In this document: piece by piece, positions 10,380 through 23,700 of the stretch | Layout of the letters: each line of letters opens with the position of its first letter | Position numbering within the stretch: position 1 is the stretch's first letter | Source of the DNA: Cycas panzhihuaensis | Taxonomy: Eukaryota; Plantae; Cycadophyta | NCBI GenBank assembly: GCA_023213395.1 | Contig: CM041465.1 | Coordinates: forward strand, 21,886,001 to 21,950,000 | Reading direction: 5' to 3' | DNA: 64,000 bases | Position numbers and translations under genes: made by a program | Notes under the pieces: generated by a model | Seen by the model: only the letters and a program-made list of their open reading frames with translations | Databases searched by the model: none | What the model was told of the DNA's origin: nothing

Positions 10380-13300
10380 TGTTTCCTAGCCATCGGGAAT
10401 GGGCAAGAGTAGCATCCCTTAGGTAAGCACATGTATACATTCTTATCTCTTACCCTAGCTACTCTTATGGTATGATGAGATGTATTTATGGTTTCAATAG
10501 CATGGTATGGTTACATAGCTTGTTTTGTTGCCTGGCTTGCTTACCTAGTTCTTGCCTATGACTGTGAGACCACAGTCCTATGGTTTCATATAGCTCTTCG
10601 AAACACCTTCCTAGAGTTTATAGGTACTCATGGGCCTCTGTAGCCCATCTTGACTGACTTCTAGCTTGTTGTATGACCCCTTAGTGTGGGTTTTAACTTG
10701 TTTGCTTATTAACATTTGTTTACATTGATATTGATGCTTGGTCTTCACCCTTTCCACACATTAAGAAGCCCAACCACTACCTAGATCCCTTAAAAGACCT
10801 TGTTATCCCTCTAATCCCTATTTCTACACCCTTGACATGATCTTTTAGGTCATTCTCCAAGTTATTTTTATTTTTCTTTTATATTCCTTCACACTACTTC
10901 AAATTTTATGGCACCACTCTAAACTTCATGGTACTACAAAGTTTACTATGGGATGACTATTCATGAATTGCTGTGGCTAGAAAATAGATAAATTCATATT
11001 TATTATGAATTTAACACATGGTATAGGATCTTTTCTTGCCTAAAATAAACCCTAATATCCCCAAAACCCTAACAGAGATATAAAAATAAATTTTGAACTT
11101 ATTTTTACTCTCTCTCAATCTCTCACAATTAGAAAAATGACTCTCCTCTCTTCTCTTCTCCTTCATTCTTCCACTTAGGTTTGATAGGGTAGAAATCCTA
11201 GTTTGCAAGTCTGAAAGAAGGATTCTTTAGTGAGATAACTCCCTTCTCAAGTTTAGTAAGGCAAAACAATCATTTTTTGAGATTCAAGGTTCTTCCCCTC
11301 TCTAAAAGAGGTCAACTCCACCAAGAAAGCATGGTTTTGGTTTCCATTTTCCTTGTTTGTGAGGTAACTCCTAATTTGTATGGTTCTTTATATATGAAAA
11401 CATGCTCTTTCCTATTATTCTTCCTTGAATGTGCCTTATTTCATTAGTTGTACCTCCTAACATATGTTCTAGCATATATTTTGCTCCATTTTTGTTAAGC
11501 AAGGAAAGGCAAAACCTCTCATTCTCTTCTTGTGGCTATTATCTTACCCTAGGGCTTCTATTAGCTACGACAGGATGGGTCTCAGGCTATTCTTAAGAAG
11601 GTGAAGGGAGGAAAAATGGCTAGAGTTCTAACTCCTAATGCTGCTTCCTTAAGGGAAACCCCCACTTCTTAAGATCTCTACACCATACCTACTCCACAAG
11701 CTAATGCATCCCATAGGGCATGGTCCCTTCTATATCTGCAATGTTTGCAACACTTACAATATTTACCTCAATGAAAATTTATGCACATACTTCTTATTAG
11801 CAACCCTCATGGTTTCTACACTTTATCTTACAACATTTATAGCTTTTGCAAGATTTATATCTTTTACAATATTTGCAGCTTTTGCAAGCTTTAAAACCTA
11901 TTTTTTTTTAACTATTTATTTCCACCCAACTCACCCATGCAGTACCTAGATAACTAGAAGGTGTTTTATTCATAGGAGCTAGCCATCTAAAGGCTACCAT
12001 CTCCTCTCCCTTTTAACCCCTTTTCCCCTTTTTGTGGATGCGTAAGAATATGGATGTGTGTGAGGAGAATAATATACTAATTGCTATTTTTTTTTTGTTA
12101 TAAGAAATAAACTTTTATTCTCCCCAAGGTCAAACATATATGCATAGCTATATATATGCATACATATATATGCTCATTGTTTGTGAGGATTTATATGTAT
12201 TTGACAAAGCACAAGAGTGGTTTCCTTCTCATGCAAGTAAGGTGACACCACGGTAAAGAGGTACTACTCTCTCCCTTCCTTCACTTATCTTCTTTTGGTT
12301 TCATTATTTCATTTTGATTCCATTTTTATTTACTTTCAAGAATTTTGGGGATAATAAGTAAGCCACATTCAGAAGTTGAGGGGAAGGTAAGGGAGTCTCT
12401 CTCTCTATCTTCAATGACTTTGATGATAATGGAAGTTAAAGAAACTTGTGGGAATGGGGAGTAAGTAGAGGTGACAAAGGAGCACACAACCATGACACCA
12501 ATTACCACATCCAAGTGCACACCTTCCTACATACTTTTACCTTCTTCTTCTACATCTCCCCCCTTATCCCATTTGCTTAGTTTGTAAAAGGAAAGAAAAA
12601 GAAAGGAAAAAGCCCAAAGATTCTTTGTTTCCTTAAAATTGTTCTTCTTTATTGCATTGTAAAAGAGGGGGCAGGTGGGGGGGGGGGGGGGGAGGGGAAC
12701 AAAATTGCATGACCATAGTGCATGCATATAGGGAACATTTGTTACTTCCCATTTCCTTTAGTGAACCTTATCCTCCATCTATCAAAGGGGAGGTAACCTA
12801 CACAAGGTACTCCTTTACATCCCATCCTTTCCTCTTCCCTCTTCGTTGCTCTTAGTTTGCATTGCATTCATTTAAAAGAATAAAAGAAGGTAGGAAACAT
12901 AGATAGGAAAGGTTGTGCATTCACTTTGTATGTTTGCTGTTGATATTGGTTGGTGCTTATTTATTTCCTTTGATAACGTTCATGCTATGCCAAAGAGGAA
13001 TTTTACTTCATTAGTGATAAGATGTTCCTCTCAAAACCCTGTTGGTTTCCAAACTTAGAAATCCCTTAGTTCTTCTTGGTAACCTAAGAAAACCTTATAA
13101 CCTCATAGCCTCAATATTCTTATGACCCACTCCCATCCTCTCTCTCTTAGTCCATTTTGAGATTGTAAGTAGGCCCCTCTAAACCATGTCTTCCCTTATC
13201 ACCACCCATTCTTTTTTTCTTATCTCTCTTTCCTAAAAGAAGAAGTAGCATCTCTCCTTTCCTAATGAGGATAGGAGAGCTCCTTTCTTTAGTCTATTCA

Positions 13301-13520
13301 GCTATCTAAGGGCTCCTCTTTGCCCAAACTGAATCCAGGAAGGTACTTAGAAAATTAGAAAGTCATAGCACCATCTGTGGGTCCTCAAACTTGTGTTCTA
13401 ATATGCAGGCATACTTTGAGGGTAACCTATCCTCCATTTTGAGGTTTCTAGTCCCCTATTGTAGTTATAGTGCTAGCTTAGAAGCTCTCTTCCATAGTGA
13501 CCCCCAGAGGTGTAGTTCCA
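10380..13520 (+). repeat. Element A 3' LTR (~3.1 kb)
   Basis: Starts TGTTTCCTAG and ends GTAGTTCCA; homologous along its length to the LTRs of C, D and E. Confidence 0.85.
11047..11085 (+). promoter_or_regulatory. Putative LTR promoter: two telo-box AAACCCTAA motifs plus TATAAAA
   Basis: AAACCCTAA at 11047 and 11064, TATAAAA at 11079, then a CT-rich tract; similar layout in the D LTRs and in E (~55490-55560). Confidence 0.45.
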
Positions 13521-13874
13521 CCTACTTGCCTTGTTGCCATCTTTAATCCCCTTTTGAAGGGGCTACTTCCCTATTTTATTTATCCCCTTTTCTGAAAGGA
13601 GATTTAGCATCTCTTCTCTCCCTCTAAGGACAATAGAGACTTGTTTAGGCTACTCAAAAACCTAAGGATGCTTTATTTCCCCTATCCATATCAAGAAAGG
13701 TATTTGGAAAGGAGAAAAGGGCACTATGTAGTTGTAGGTCCCTGAACCTATATTTCGATGTACAAACATCCTTTGAGGGTGCTCTATCCCTTTTCAAGAC
13801 CTCTACACCTTTATTGACCTTAGAATCCATCTAGAGTACCTTGTCTTTAGTGACCTCCCATAGCCACAATTCCA
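13521..13874 (+). repeat. Residual 3' end of element B 5' LTR
   Basis: Homologous to the reverse complement of 20780-21120 and to 13200-13520; followed by a PBS. Confidence 0.8.
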
Positions 13875-13875
13875 C

Positions 13876-13893
13876 TAGTAACCATACTAGGGA
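13876..13893 (+). promoter_or_regulatory. Element B degenerate PBS (tRNA-Arg type)
   Basis: TAGTAACCATACTAGGGA versus TGGCGACCATACTGGGGA in element E; all differences are transitions. Confidence 0.75.
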
Positions 13894-14048
13894 CTGCTAC
13901 TAAGGAATGAGGTAGCACCCCTTCTGTCTTATTCTCCCATGCTAGGTAATTCTAGATTGCCATCACATGAGTTGTTTCATTCCTCTCATATTCTTTGGGT
14001 ATGACATAAGTGTAACACTTTTCTCATCTCTTGTGTGGCCTATCCCCT

Positions 14049-17000
14049 ATGATAGAGGAGCCCATTTATTCCTCCATCCCCTCATCTAATTCTGAATCAA
14101 CAATGGAGGGATATCCATTAGAGTGGGTATATCATGCCTACATTTTAGAATCTCAGAACCAAACCTCTCATCCCCTTCAAGATCCCATCAAAGAGGGTGA
14201 GGATCCCATTTTCTACTCGAATGACTAAGGACATTTAGATTTCCATCTATTTTCTATGCATGACATAGGTAGATCTACCTCTATAGAGTACTTCCACCCT
14301 AGTGAAGGTTCTTATGAGGATCAACCTATGGGTTGCACCCTCCACAAGGATCCATCTACCTCATGCAAGTAGGTTAGGACCCCTCCTGCAGATGTAATCA
14401 AACCATAAAGATGATGCTTTGGAGTCATAAGTACCCAACTTCCTCCAAAATGGTTGGATGGCCTCCTTCATAGCATTACTCCATCCTCATCTATACCTAT
14501 GCCTCTTATCTCATCTCAACCACCATTCGTGTCAATGGTAGGACTCACTCTTATTGTCTCCTCATCCTTAGATGCACCTCATAGCCAAGGGGCACCCCAA
14601 GACATGCCTATATATTAGATTAGATTAAGTATGCCTCTCTTGAATCAAATAACCATGGCACAACCTACTGTGGCCAATACCCATTTTGTGTGATCAAGGA
14701 TACCCTCACATCCTCATCCTTTAGGCCATATGGTATTTACCCCCATGTGCCTTCATTCATAACCCATGGACTCTTCCCTCTATGTGCCTCTAGGGTATAT
14801 GTCTCAACTGTTGGGGCAAGGTTGGGTAGACCCTCTCTTTATCTATGGGGTGGACTCACTACACCCTTATGGAGTTGTACCTCCTATGGGTGGCCCATAT
14901 GAGTAAAATCCCATATCTTATCATCATGTAAGATTATATACATGGGGCCTTCCTAAGGGGGATCTGTTCCCCCTTGTATCCCATGCTCCTAGATCCTACT
15001 CTTATAGGCGGCACTTTCTTAATGTGGAGTGGGATCATCTCATCTAACTTCCTCTTATCCAACCTACCCGCACATGAGAGTGGCCCCTTCCTACCAAGCA
15101 AGTAGGAACTAGTGCCCTCCATGCACCTAGCTTCCTCAAGGTGGAGTTGGATGTACATATCCACTTCCTTCCTTATCTCTAGTTGACCCTTTGGCTCAAC
15201 TAGGGATTCCTCCCTTTATTGACTATAGGTCAACCCCACTTTCAGTTGAGGCTCTCAGGACCAACCTACCACCTCATCCTTCCAAGATGTCTAAATTCTG
15301 GCACTTCATCATAGGACCCAACTGAGTATGTTAGGACTTCTCCATGGTATGCATAGATTATTGGGCCTATGATCATATCCTTATGAAATTATTTCCTCAT
15401 TCTTTGTAAGGAGATGCCCTAAAGTGATTCTACCATCTCCTTGCCTATTCTATCCATTCCTTCTAATAGCTTGTAAATAAGTTCATCAAATATTTTGACG
15501 TGGCTCACCCCTTTAAGAGTGGGGTCAAATCCCTACTCTCTCTCAAACAAGGTCACAACAAAATAAATCATGATTTTGTTAGGCACTTTCACAACCTTCT
15601 CTACTCTATAAAGGCTAAGGTACCTGAAGAGTTAAAGAGGGATATCTTTGTGAATGCCCTTAGACCCGAAGTCTATGTTAAATTCCTCAAGATGGGGGTG
15701 ATGACATATAAGTCCACCATATTGAAATGCTTGGCACTTGAGGCCATTGACATCCAAGTCAATCTCAAGAACCCTCTCAAGTCAACATAATTATGTGAGG
15801 CACCCCCTATGCCACATGACTAATAACCCCAATAGACCTTAAGGACCTCTACCAACACAATTGATAGGACCATGGACCCCTTGACCTTAACTATACATTC
15901 ATTTGAATATATGATGAAGGAGCTAAATCTTCAACCATATCAACCTTCCTTAGATGCCTATAGACCCATTCATCAAGCATCTCAAGCTATACTACCTAGA
16001 GGCAGGAACACCCATACTTCTTAAGGGAGGAAGGCATGACCTCCCCCTAAGAAGAAATGGAATTTTGTTCATGGAGAATACCTCCACAAGGACTCGTAAT
16101 ATTAGGTGCAATACCCTAAACTTTTCCTACAATGGATGCCTCCCCCAAACGGGCTTCTAAACCCAACTTGGATCAGCTCATTCATAGAGATCCTTTCCTT
16201 GATCATGGGGAGCATGATCGCTCCACCTAGAATAGAAAGGGGGGAATAAGGGATGGTCCTCTAACCTACCTCCAAATCAAGCAAAGAGGAAGGGCGCAAG
16301 GGAATCATCTTTGGCCTTAAGCCTCCATTCTTAGCCATCCTCTTCCTCTCAATCCTAAAACAAGGGGAAGAGAATCATTCAAATACTTGAGACTACACCC
16401 TTATACCCTGTTATGATGTTTCAAATAGCTAGGGAGGCTGCCAAACTCTCCACTTCTTAAAAAAACCCTCCTACAGATAATCCACCCACCAAGATCCCTA
16501 TGATTCGTAAGACTATCCCTATCTACCCTAGGCATTATGGTTTTCAAAGGTCACTTGCCTAACCAACTAGGAAAGGGAAACCATTATCGATCATTGATGA
16601 GCTTCATATCGTACCCACAGGAATGTCTATGATTGATGTCTTGTGTAGTTACCTTAAGTAATATACTCTCCTCTTAGAGACCTTGGGACATAATGATGCC
16701 CCAATCCATTCAGTGGGTACCATCTCAAGCAGGGCTTCCCTTATCACTTTTGACCGTGAGGACCTCCCTCCTACTAACAAAAGGGAATGCCAATGGTACT
16801 ACCCTTTAACCATTACTATAGGCAATCCTGATTACACCTTAAAGAGGATTGTTGTAGATAATGGTTCCTCAGTTAACGCCATGCCTATTTGCATGGTGGA
16901 GGAGCTAGGGTTAAGGGCCCTTGAACTAGTCATATAGAGATGCCAAGGTTATGCAGGTAGTGAAAAGGCACCCTTAGGAATGGTGGCGATCTCTCTCATC

Positions 17001-20000
17001 CTAGAAGACAAGATTGTCCTTATGGATATCATGGTCCTTGACATAGATGTGGACTACAACTTCTTGTTGGGACAGCCTTAGTTTGACCAGATAGAATCCA
17101 TCTATTCATCATGATAGGGGAAACTTAAATTCACCTATGAAAGATAAATAAAAGTTATCCTTTAAGAGCCTCCTCCTATTGGGTCATCTCATTGGCCCTA
17201 CTAAGTAGTTTTTGGATCAACCCATGTGGTTAAGGATCTGTCTGCTCCATCGACTACCTATTCTATTAACACCCAAAGTGCCTAGGGAGCAGAAGGAGAA
17301 CCTTCTTCCTCCTCTAACCTTATTTGCTTCACTCCCATTAGCATTGGGAGCTTTGGATATCTTACTGCTTTGAGTGACCATGAGTTTGATGATAAGTGTG
17401 AGGACCTTCCTCATTCCATATCCCTCAATGTATGAAAGGGGCACCTCATTCATCCTCCCCGAAGCCCTACGTCCTGACCTAGGGCATCATATGAGGACCC
17501 CATTCCCTTTATCTAATCTAGAGGACTGCATACAATTTATCTTATTATGTGCATCTAGCCTATCCTACCACTTCTTACTCCCTAATCCTTGCCATCCTCT
17601 GTAGATGACGAGGACAAGGAGTCTCTTTATTCATATGACAAGTCTATAACTTATGATTTTGATCCTAGTTAGCCTTTACTACTATGAGCCAAGGTGCAAC
17701 AACATAGGAGGATACCCTACAACTCCTCTAGGGAGTCTCCTAACTACATAGAGTGGTGGGTCGATCATTATGGACTAGTCACCCTTTCTACGTCTCATCC
17801 CATATTCCCATCAAGCAAAACTATGAATGGGATAGATTTCTTCAAGACTGATGAGTCCCTATTAGAGCATTTAGTGGGTTCTACACTCAACCTCCCTTCC
17901 AGTCACCATAGACTCAATTTTTAGAAGTGCCTAGCCTTGGGGTCACCTGTCGCCAACCTAAACTAATTGGACACTATTCCCCTTCCCTTTATCGATCATG
18001 CTCCATTCCACTTTGAAGAAGGGAATAGCATATACGCTGGGGCAACCAAGGACATCATTCTTGCCCTTAGTAAGGTCATTAAGGTTGGGGTAGGATGTTC
18101 ACCCAAAGAGATAGAGAAATATACCCTTCTATTCCAAGAGTTCGAAGATGTATTCACGTGAGATTACTTAGATATGAAGTGTATAAACCCCTCCATCATC
18201 ACTCGCTACCTCACTACTATCCTAGGTGCTCACCTTATATATCAAAAATAGTTCCCCTTATACCCTAAACTTTTAGTAGTTGTTAAGATGTAAGTGGAGA
18301 AGCTATTGGACACTAGGTTTATGACTTCCATCAACTACCCTAAATGGGTTTCCAATATCGTGTACATCGCTAAAAAGAATGGTATGATTAGGGTTTATGT
18401 TAACTTCTAAGACATTAATAATGCTTTCCCTAGGGACAACTTCCCTCTATCATTCATTGATCAAATCATTGATTGTACAGTAGGTCTCAAAGTTATGCCC
18501 CTGATGGATGCCTTTTTTGGGTACAACCAAATTGAGATATCTCTTGAAGACCATCACAAGATCGCCTTCACCATACCTTGGGGGACTTTTTCCTATAAGG
18601 CTATGCCATTTGGTCTAAAGAATGTAGGCACCACTTATTAAAGGATGATGTAATTTATTTTTTATGACCTCATAAACAAGACACTCGAGGTCTTTATGGA
18701 TGACATGATGGGCCTCTCCTATAAGAGGACTACCCATCTCACTGACCTTCATGTTATCTTCATAAGGTGTCATAAATATCACATCAACCTAAACCCACTC
18801 AAGTGTGTTTTTATGGTTATGGTAGGCAAACTCTTAAGATTTCTCATCTCCAAATAAGGGATCTAGATTGACCCTGATAAAGTCAAAGCCATTATTAACA
18901 TGCACCCTGCAAGAACCCAAATACAAATCAAGTCATTCTTGGGGAGGTTGGGTTTCCTTAGATATTTTTTATTGGATTTCACCATAAATGCCAAACCACT
19001 AACTAATTTGTTGAAGAAGGGAGTGCCATTCATCTGGTCCCCTAAATCCTAAGAAGCCTTTTAGGAGCTCAAGCAGGCTTTTGTATATGCTTTTGTGTTG
19101 GCACCTCCTCTTTTTGATTGCCCCTTTATTCTATATACCTCTATGATTAATGAATCCTTGGGTGCTATGCTAGCCCAAGAGGATGACTCTAAGATTGAAA
19201 GGTCCATCTAATTTATTAGTTACACTCTAGTGGTAGCAGAACTAAACTATCCACTTACTGAAAAGGAGTGCCTAGCTTTGGTCCATGCCGTTAAGAAATT
19301 TAGGCACTACCTCCTAGGTAACACTACTCACATGATCATCCAATATGATTCATTGAGGTACCTTTTGATTATGTTAGACTTAATTGGAAGGGTTGGTAAA
19401 TGGGTCATCGTCTTATAAGAGTATGACCTTAAAATTATTAATAGGAAATCCAAGAAGAGGATGGTAGTCATAAAGCAACTTACTGATGCCCCTATTCCTA
19501 ATCCCCTTGAGGTTCTAGTTAGTGATTCCTTACCATATGAGCCCATCCTAGATCTCTGGCATTTGTCCTCTACCCATTGGCTAAGATTTAATGGTATGGG
19601 GACATTATACAATATCTTACCTAATAGCAATACCCTTTCAACGTGGGTGATAAAGTGAAGTCCCATATTAGGGCTACCGCTCGACAATACTTCATCATAT
19701 AGGACATATTATACAAACAATCTTTTGATGGTATTTTCCTTTATTGTGTTACCCCTGAGGAGACTGACCAAATCCTCCTTGAGTGCCATAGTGGAATTTA
19801 TAGAGGCCACTTTAGGGGCCAATCTATGGCCTAAAGGATCCTTTTCATGGGCTACTATTGGCCATTCTTGTTCAAGGATACCCATGCCTATATGTAGAAT
19901 TGTTGTAAATGTTAAGAGCATGCCAATGTGATCCATTTACCTTTTGAGGCATTGCATTCTATTATATCCCCATGGCCTTTCTCCCAATGGGGATTAGATC

Positions 20001-20779
20001 ACATTGGGGCCATCACTCTACCCTCTTTCTCACAACATAATTTATCTTAACTGTGATGGAATACTTCACCAAATGGGCTGAAGTAGTTTCATTTTCATCC
20101 ACAATAAGCAATAAAATTGCTACTTTTATTTATTAGTATATTATCTGTCAATTCATAATCCTAGATATCCTAATCATAGATAACGATATTCCTTTTTGTA
20201 ATAAGTAAATGGATAAACTTTATGAAAAATTTAAGATTCCCCATAAGACTTTATCCCCCTATTACCCCTAGCCAATGGCTAAGTAAAATTATTTAACAAG
20301 ACCCTCATTAACATCTTAAAGAAAATCGTTGCCCTATCCCAAATGGATTAGCACCTTTATCTCCATTTGACACAATGGGCCTATCACACCTCAATTTGCA
20401 CTACTATAGGAATGACATATTTCTCCTTGTTTTATGGAATGAAGGTGGTTTTGCTCTTAGAAGTTGAAATATCTTCTTTAAGGGTATCCCTTAAAGACTT
20501 CATTGATAAGGAATGGTGACACCAGGCCTGCCTCCTTAACCTTAAGCCTTTGGATGAGAAGCACTTGGCTACATACTAGGCTCACCTCACATTTAAAGCT
20601 TAGGCTTGAAGGATGTATGATAAATGCCTACGTCCTTATCCTTTGCACCCTAGGGACCAAGTCCTCAAGATATAGTATCTTTACAATAGCCTATCCAAAT
20701 TTGGCCCCAAATTGGTGGGCCATTTTGTTGTCCTTAAGAGCCTTGATAATGATGCCTATCAGATAACCACATTAGAAGG
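14049..20779 (+). pseudogene. Element B gag-pol, decayed
   Basis: Pro-rich N-terminal region; gag capsid KLFPHSL*GDALK (~15390); protease IVVDNGSS (~16850); RT DNFPLSFIDQ, MPFGLKN, FMDD (18693); RH EKECLAL..KKFRHYL; integrase PWPFSQWGLD; GPY/F-like tail. Confidence 0.9.
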
Positions 20780-23700
20780 TGGAAGTGTTTCTATGGGGGG
20801 TCACTAAGGACAAGGCACTCTAGATAGATACTGAGGCCAAAAAAGGTCTAGAGGTTTCAAAAAGGGATAGATCACTCTTAAAGGGCATTTGCACATTAGA
20901 ACATAGGTTCAAGGATCTACAACTATACGTTACCCTTCCCCTTTCTCTAGATGCCTTTCTTGATGTGGATGGGGTGAAGAAAGTCATCCTCAAGTTGCTA
21001 AGTAGCCTAAACAAAGGAACACCTATCCTTAAAGAGAGAGAAGAGACACTAAATCTCCTTTCAGAAAAGGAAACTAGTGAAAGAGAGGTAAAGCAGTGGT
21101 AAGACAAGAGGTGGCAGTTTCAGATAGCCTATTTGGAGGCAAAGGGCTTATCCTTAGAGGTTTGGGTTTTGAGTGTTAAGAATAAAAGAAGAGGACAGTA
21201 CTACAACCAACTCCTTTTAATCAAGTTAAATATTCCATTTATTCAAGTTTATGCAAGTGATCAATGCCCTTTTATCCTTAACAGATAAGAGGAGTGAGAA
21301 GCTTCCCTTTAGAAAGGGGAGTAAGGGAGAAAGAGCACTCCTTTTAGAAAAGGTGACAAATGATGTGAAGGGATAGAAGGAGTGATAGGGTCACTTTATT
21401 TGTACCCTAGAGAGCTATCTCTAGGGGTTAGGGTTTTGGTGTTGAATTTACAAAATAGAGGTAATGTTACAACCATCCAATTGTAACTAGGTTATAAATT
21501 CTCCTTGAATCACAATAAGAATAAGGGGTGGAGTTAGGATGCAAAAGAGTAGTAATAAGAGAATGTTGCAACTATCTAGTTGCAACTAGCTTATAAGTTC
21601 TTCTTGTATTGCATGAAGAACATAAAGGCTTCCCAAGATTATGGTTTTTATTTTGTTCAGATGAAGTTTAGTTTTATGCAATAATAATCATTATGAAAGT
21701 TCCAAAAAAAATAAAGCAAGAATACAAACATGCATACAACTTACTTTCTCATTTTTCCTCACTCTCTTTCATTTAGAAGTTAGGGTTGGGATATGAAAAA
21801 GAAATTGTAAGAGAATGCTACTTCTATCTAACTAGATCTATTTTCTTTTTATTTAAAAGCAATAAATAGAAACAAGAAATATGCAATCAATGTCTCCTAT
21901 CTATGCAAGGAGAAGGAGCAATATTGTTTATGTATGTTACAATTTCCTATAAGCAATGCAAATGTGCAAAAAAGAAGCCAATTTATTTTATGTTTATAAT
22001 ATTCTTTTAGGGAAGGAAGAAAGGAAGGGAGAGAAGAAGAAGAGGTATGGAAAGAGCACACTTGGTTTCGTGACAGTTGATTCCGGGGTATGATCCTTCT
22101 TCGCATGTCTCCCTTGTCGATTCCTTCACTTCTTTTGCTTGCCATAAACATTATTGGAGTTAGAGGGAGGGGCTTTCTTACCTTCCCCTAGCCTCCAAAT
22201 GTGGCTTACTCACCTTCCCCAACTATGCAACAATGAAAGAAAGAAAGGGAACTAAGTAGAATAAAATGAAGTAAGAATAAATTTAAAATCAAGAAAGTGC
22301 TACCTCTTTCATAGCAAATCACCCTACTTGTGAAGGAAGTTCTGAACTTGTAACACAAAGTTAGCGTGTTTATTTATAATATTAAGAAAAGTAAATAAAA
22401 TGTTATATATTTCTTGCTTACTATTATTGCATGCAACAACCAAAACAAATGTGGATGGTAAGAGATGGGGGTTTTGCCTTAGGATGGAAAGCTCCTCTAT
22501 ATGATGGTGAATCTAAAAGAGCTATGGGTAATTCACTAAAGTAAGTGTTGCAAGAGAGTGTAGGGTCAATAGGTAGTTTATGAAAGTCTCACAAGTGATA
22601 AAAACCAAAACTACCCACATAGAGGTGAAGAAAGATGCCTCAAAGTATTAGGGAGGGGATTACCCAAGTGGAAGGTTGTGTCTAAGTCAAAACTCTAGCC
22701 TATGAACCTCCTCATAAGCTCCCTTGTCCTAGTGTACCCTTTCTACCTTCATCAACTAGTGGATTTTGTATGTGAGGCAAGAGTTTGGTAATGAAATAGA
22801 GGTGTTGCCTCCTTATTTTTACGAAAATAGCTTTAAACCAAAGTGAAATCAACCTATACTCATGAATCTATGGCTGCAAGCATGCATATGGTAAGATAAA
22901 CCATGCAAAATAGTGGAAGCAACCAAGGAATACCAAAATGTATATCTTTCCTCTTGAGGAAGAAGCATGCACATGAAAGTAATAGTTTTTAGTGGAAAAA
23001 ATAACTCTTTTGAAGAAGAAACCTTAACTTGGTGATGAAATGAGGATCCCTCTAGCCTGGATCTTCTTCCTTCTACTACTTTTCCCTTGGTTCCAGCCTC
23101 CTTGTTAAGAGAAACCTCTAGATTCTGCATGTTGGAGGAAGATAAAAGAGAATAGAAGTGAGTTTTTTTTATTAGAATGGAAGAGTTGATGATTATTGAT
23201 TCCTTGAGGGAGTGAGATCCAAACAAATTCAAATTTTAAGTTTTATTGATCTGGTGAGGTCTTGAGACTGTTAGACCTTGATTTGGGCTATTCCCAAGGT
23301 GGGATCCAATATTAGAGAGGAATTAATGCAATAAAATAGTTGTTTCTGGTTGTGGCTAATTGTATAATAGTTACCCTATGAATATGTTTATAACACCACT
23401 AATATATTCGTAGTCTCACGAATATATTAGTGGGGCATAACTATTAGGGTGGGATAGACAACTTTCAATGTGGGATTGTAGTAAAAGCTTAGAATTTAAA
23501 AAATTAATAAGAAAAAACATCATAAATTTTAGTAAAATTGAGGGAAATAGTGAGGGGATGACTTCTAAGGCTTGTAAACCCTTTTTGGATGGTAAACCCA
23601 TCAAATCGAGACCGATATGAATCTCATCAACTAATGGGAATGTCCTTTGAAATAAGGTGGGACAACTAGAAAACTCAAAAAATGGGACCAAAGGGCAAAA

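Larger units (their letters stand above)
1..13520 (+). mobile_element. Ty3/gypsy Tat-type LTR retrotransposon A, 3' half (integrase tail, 3' accessory region, PPT, 3' LTR); 5' part lies upstream of the window; contains Copia-1
   Basis: Integrase C-terminus at 2-52; 3' region collinear with the reverse complement of 29911-34900 (element D); PPT AAGGGGGCAG then TGTTTCC at 10380; LTR ends GTAGTTCCA at 13520. Confidence 0.88.
13521..20779 (+). mobile_element. Ty3/gypsy Tat-type element B (end of 5' LTR, PBS, gag-pol); interrupted by A on the left and C on the right
   Basis: LTR tail 13521-13874 ending ATTCCA, degenerate PBS, then gag-PR-RT-RH-INT cut after YQITTLEG at 20779. Confidence 0.88.

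Noticed and set aside
13200-13874. Apparent tandem duplication of the LTR end, or A and B sharing one LTR
   Set aside because: The second copy resembles the C-type LTR more than the A LTR; insertion of A into the B LTR is simpler. The upstream TSD would confirm it.
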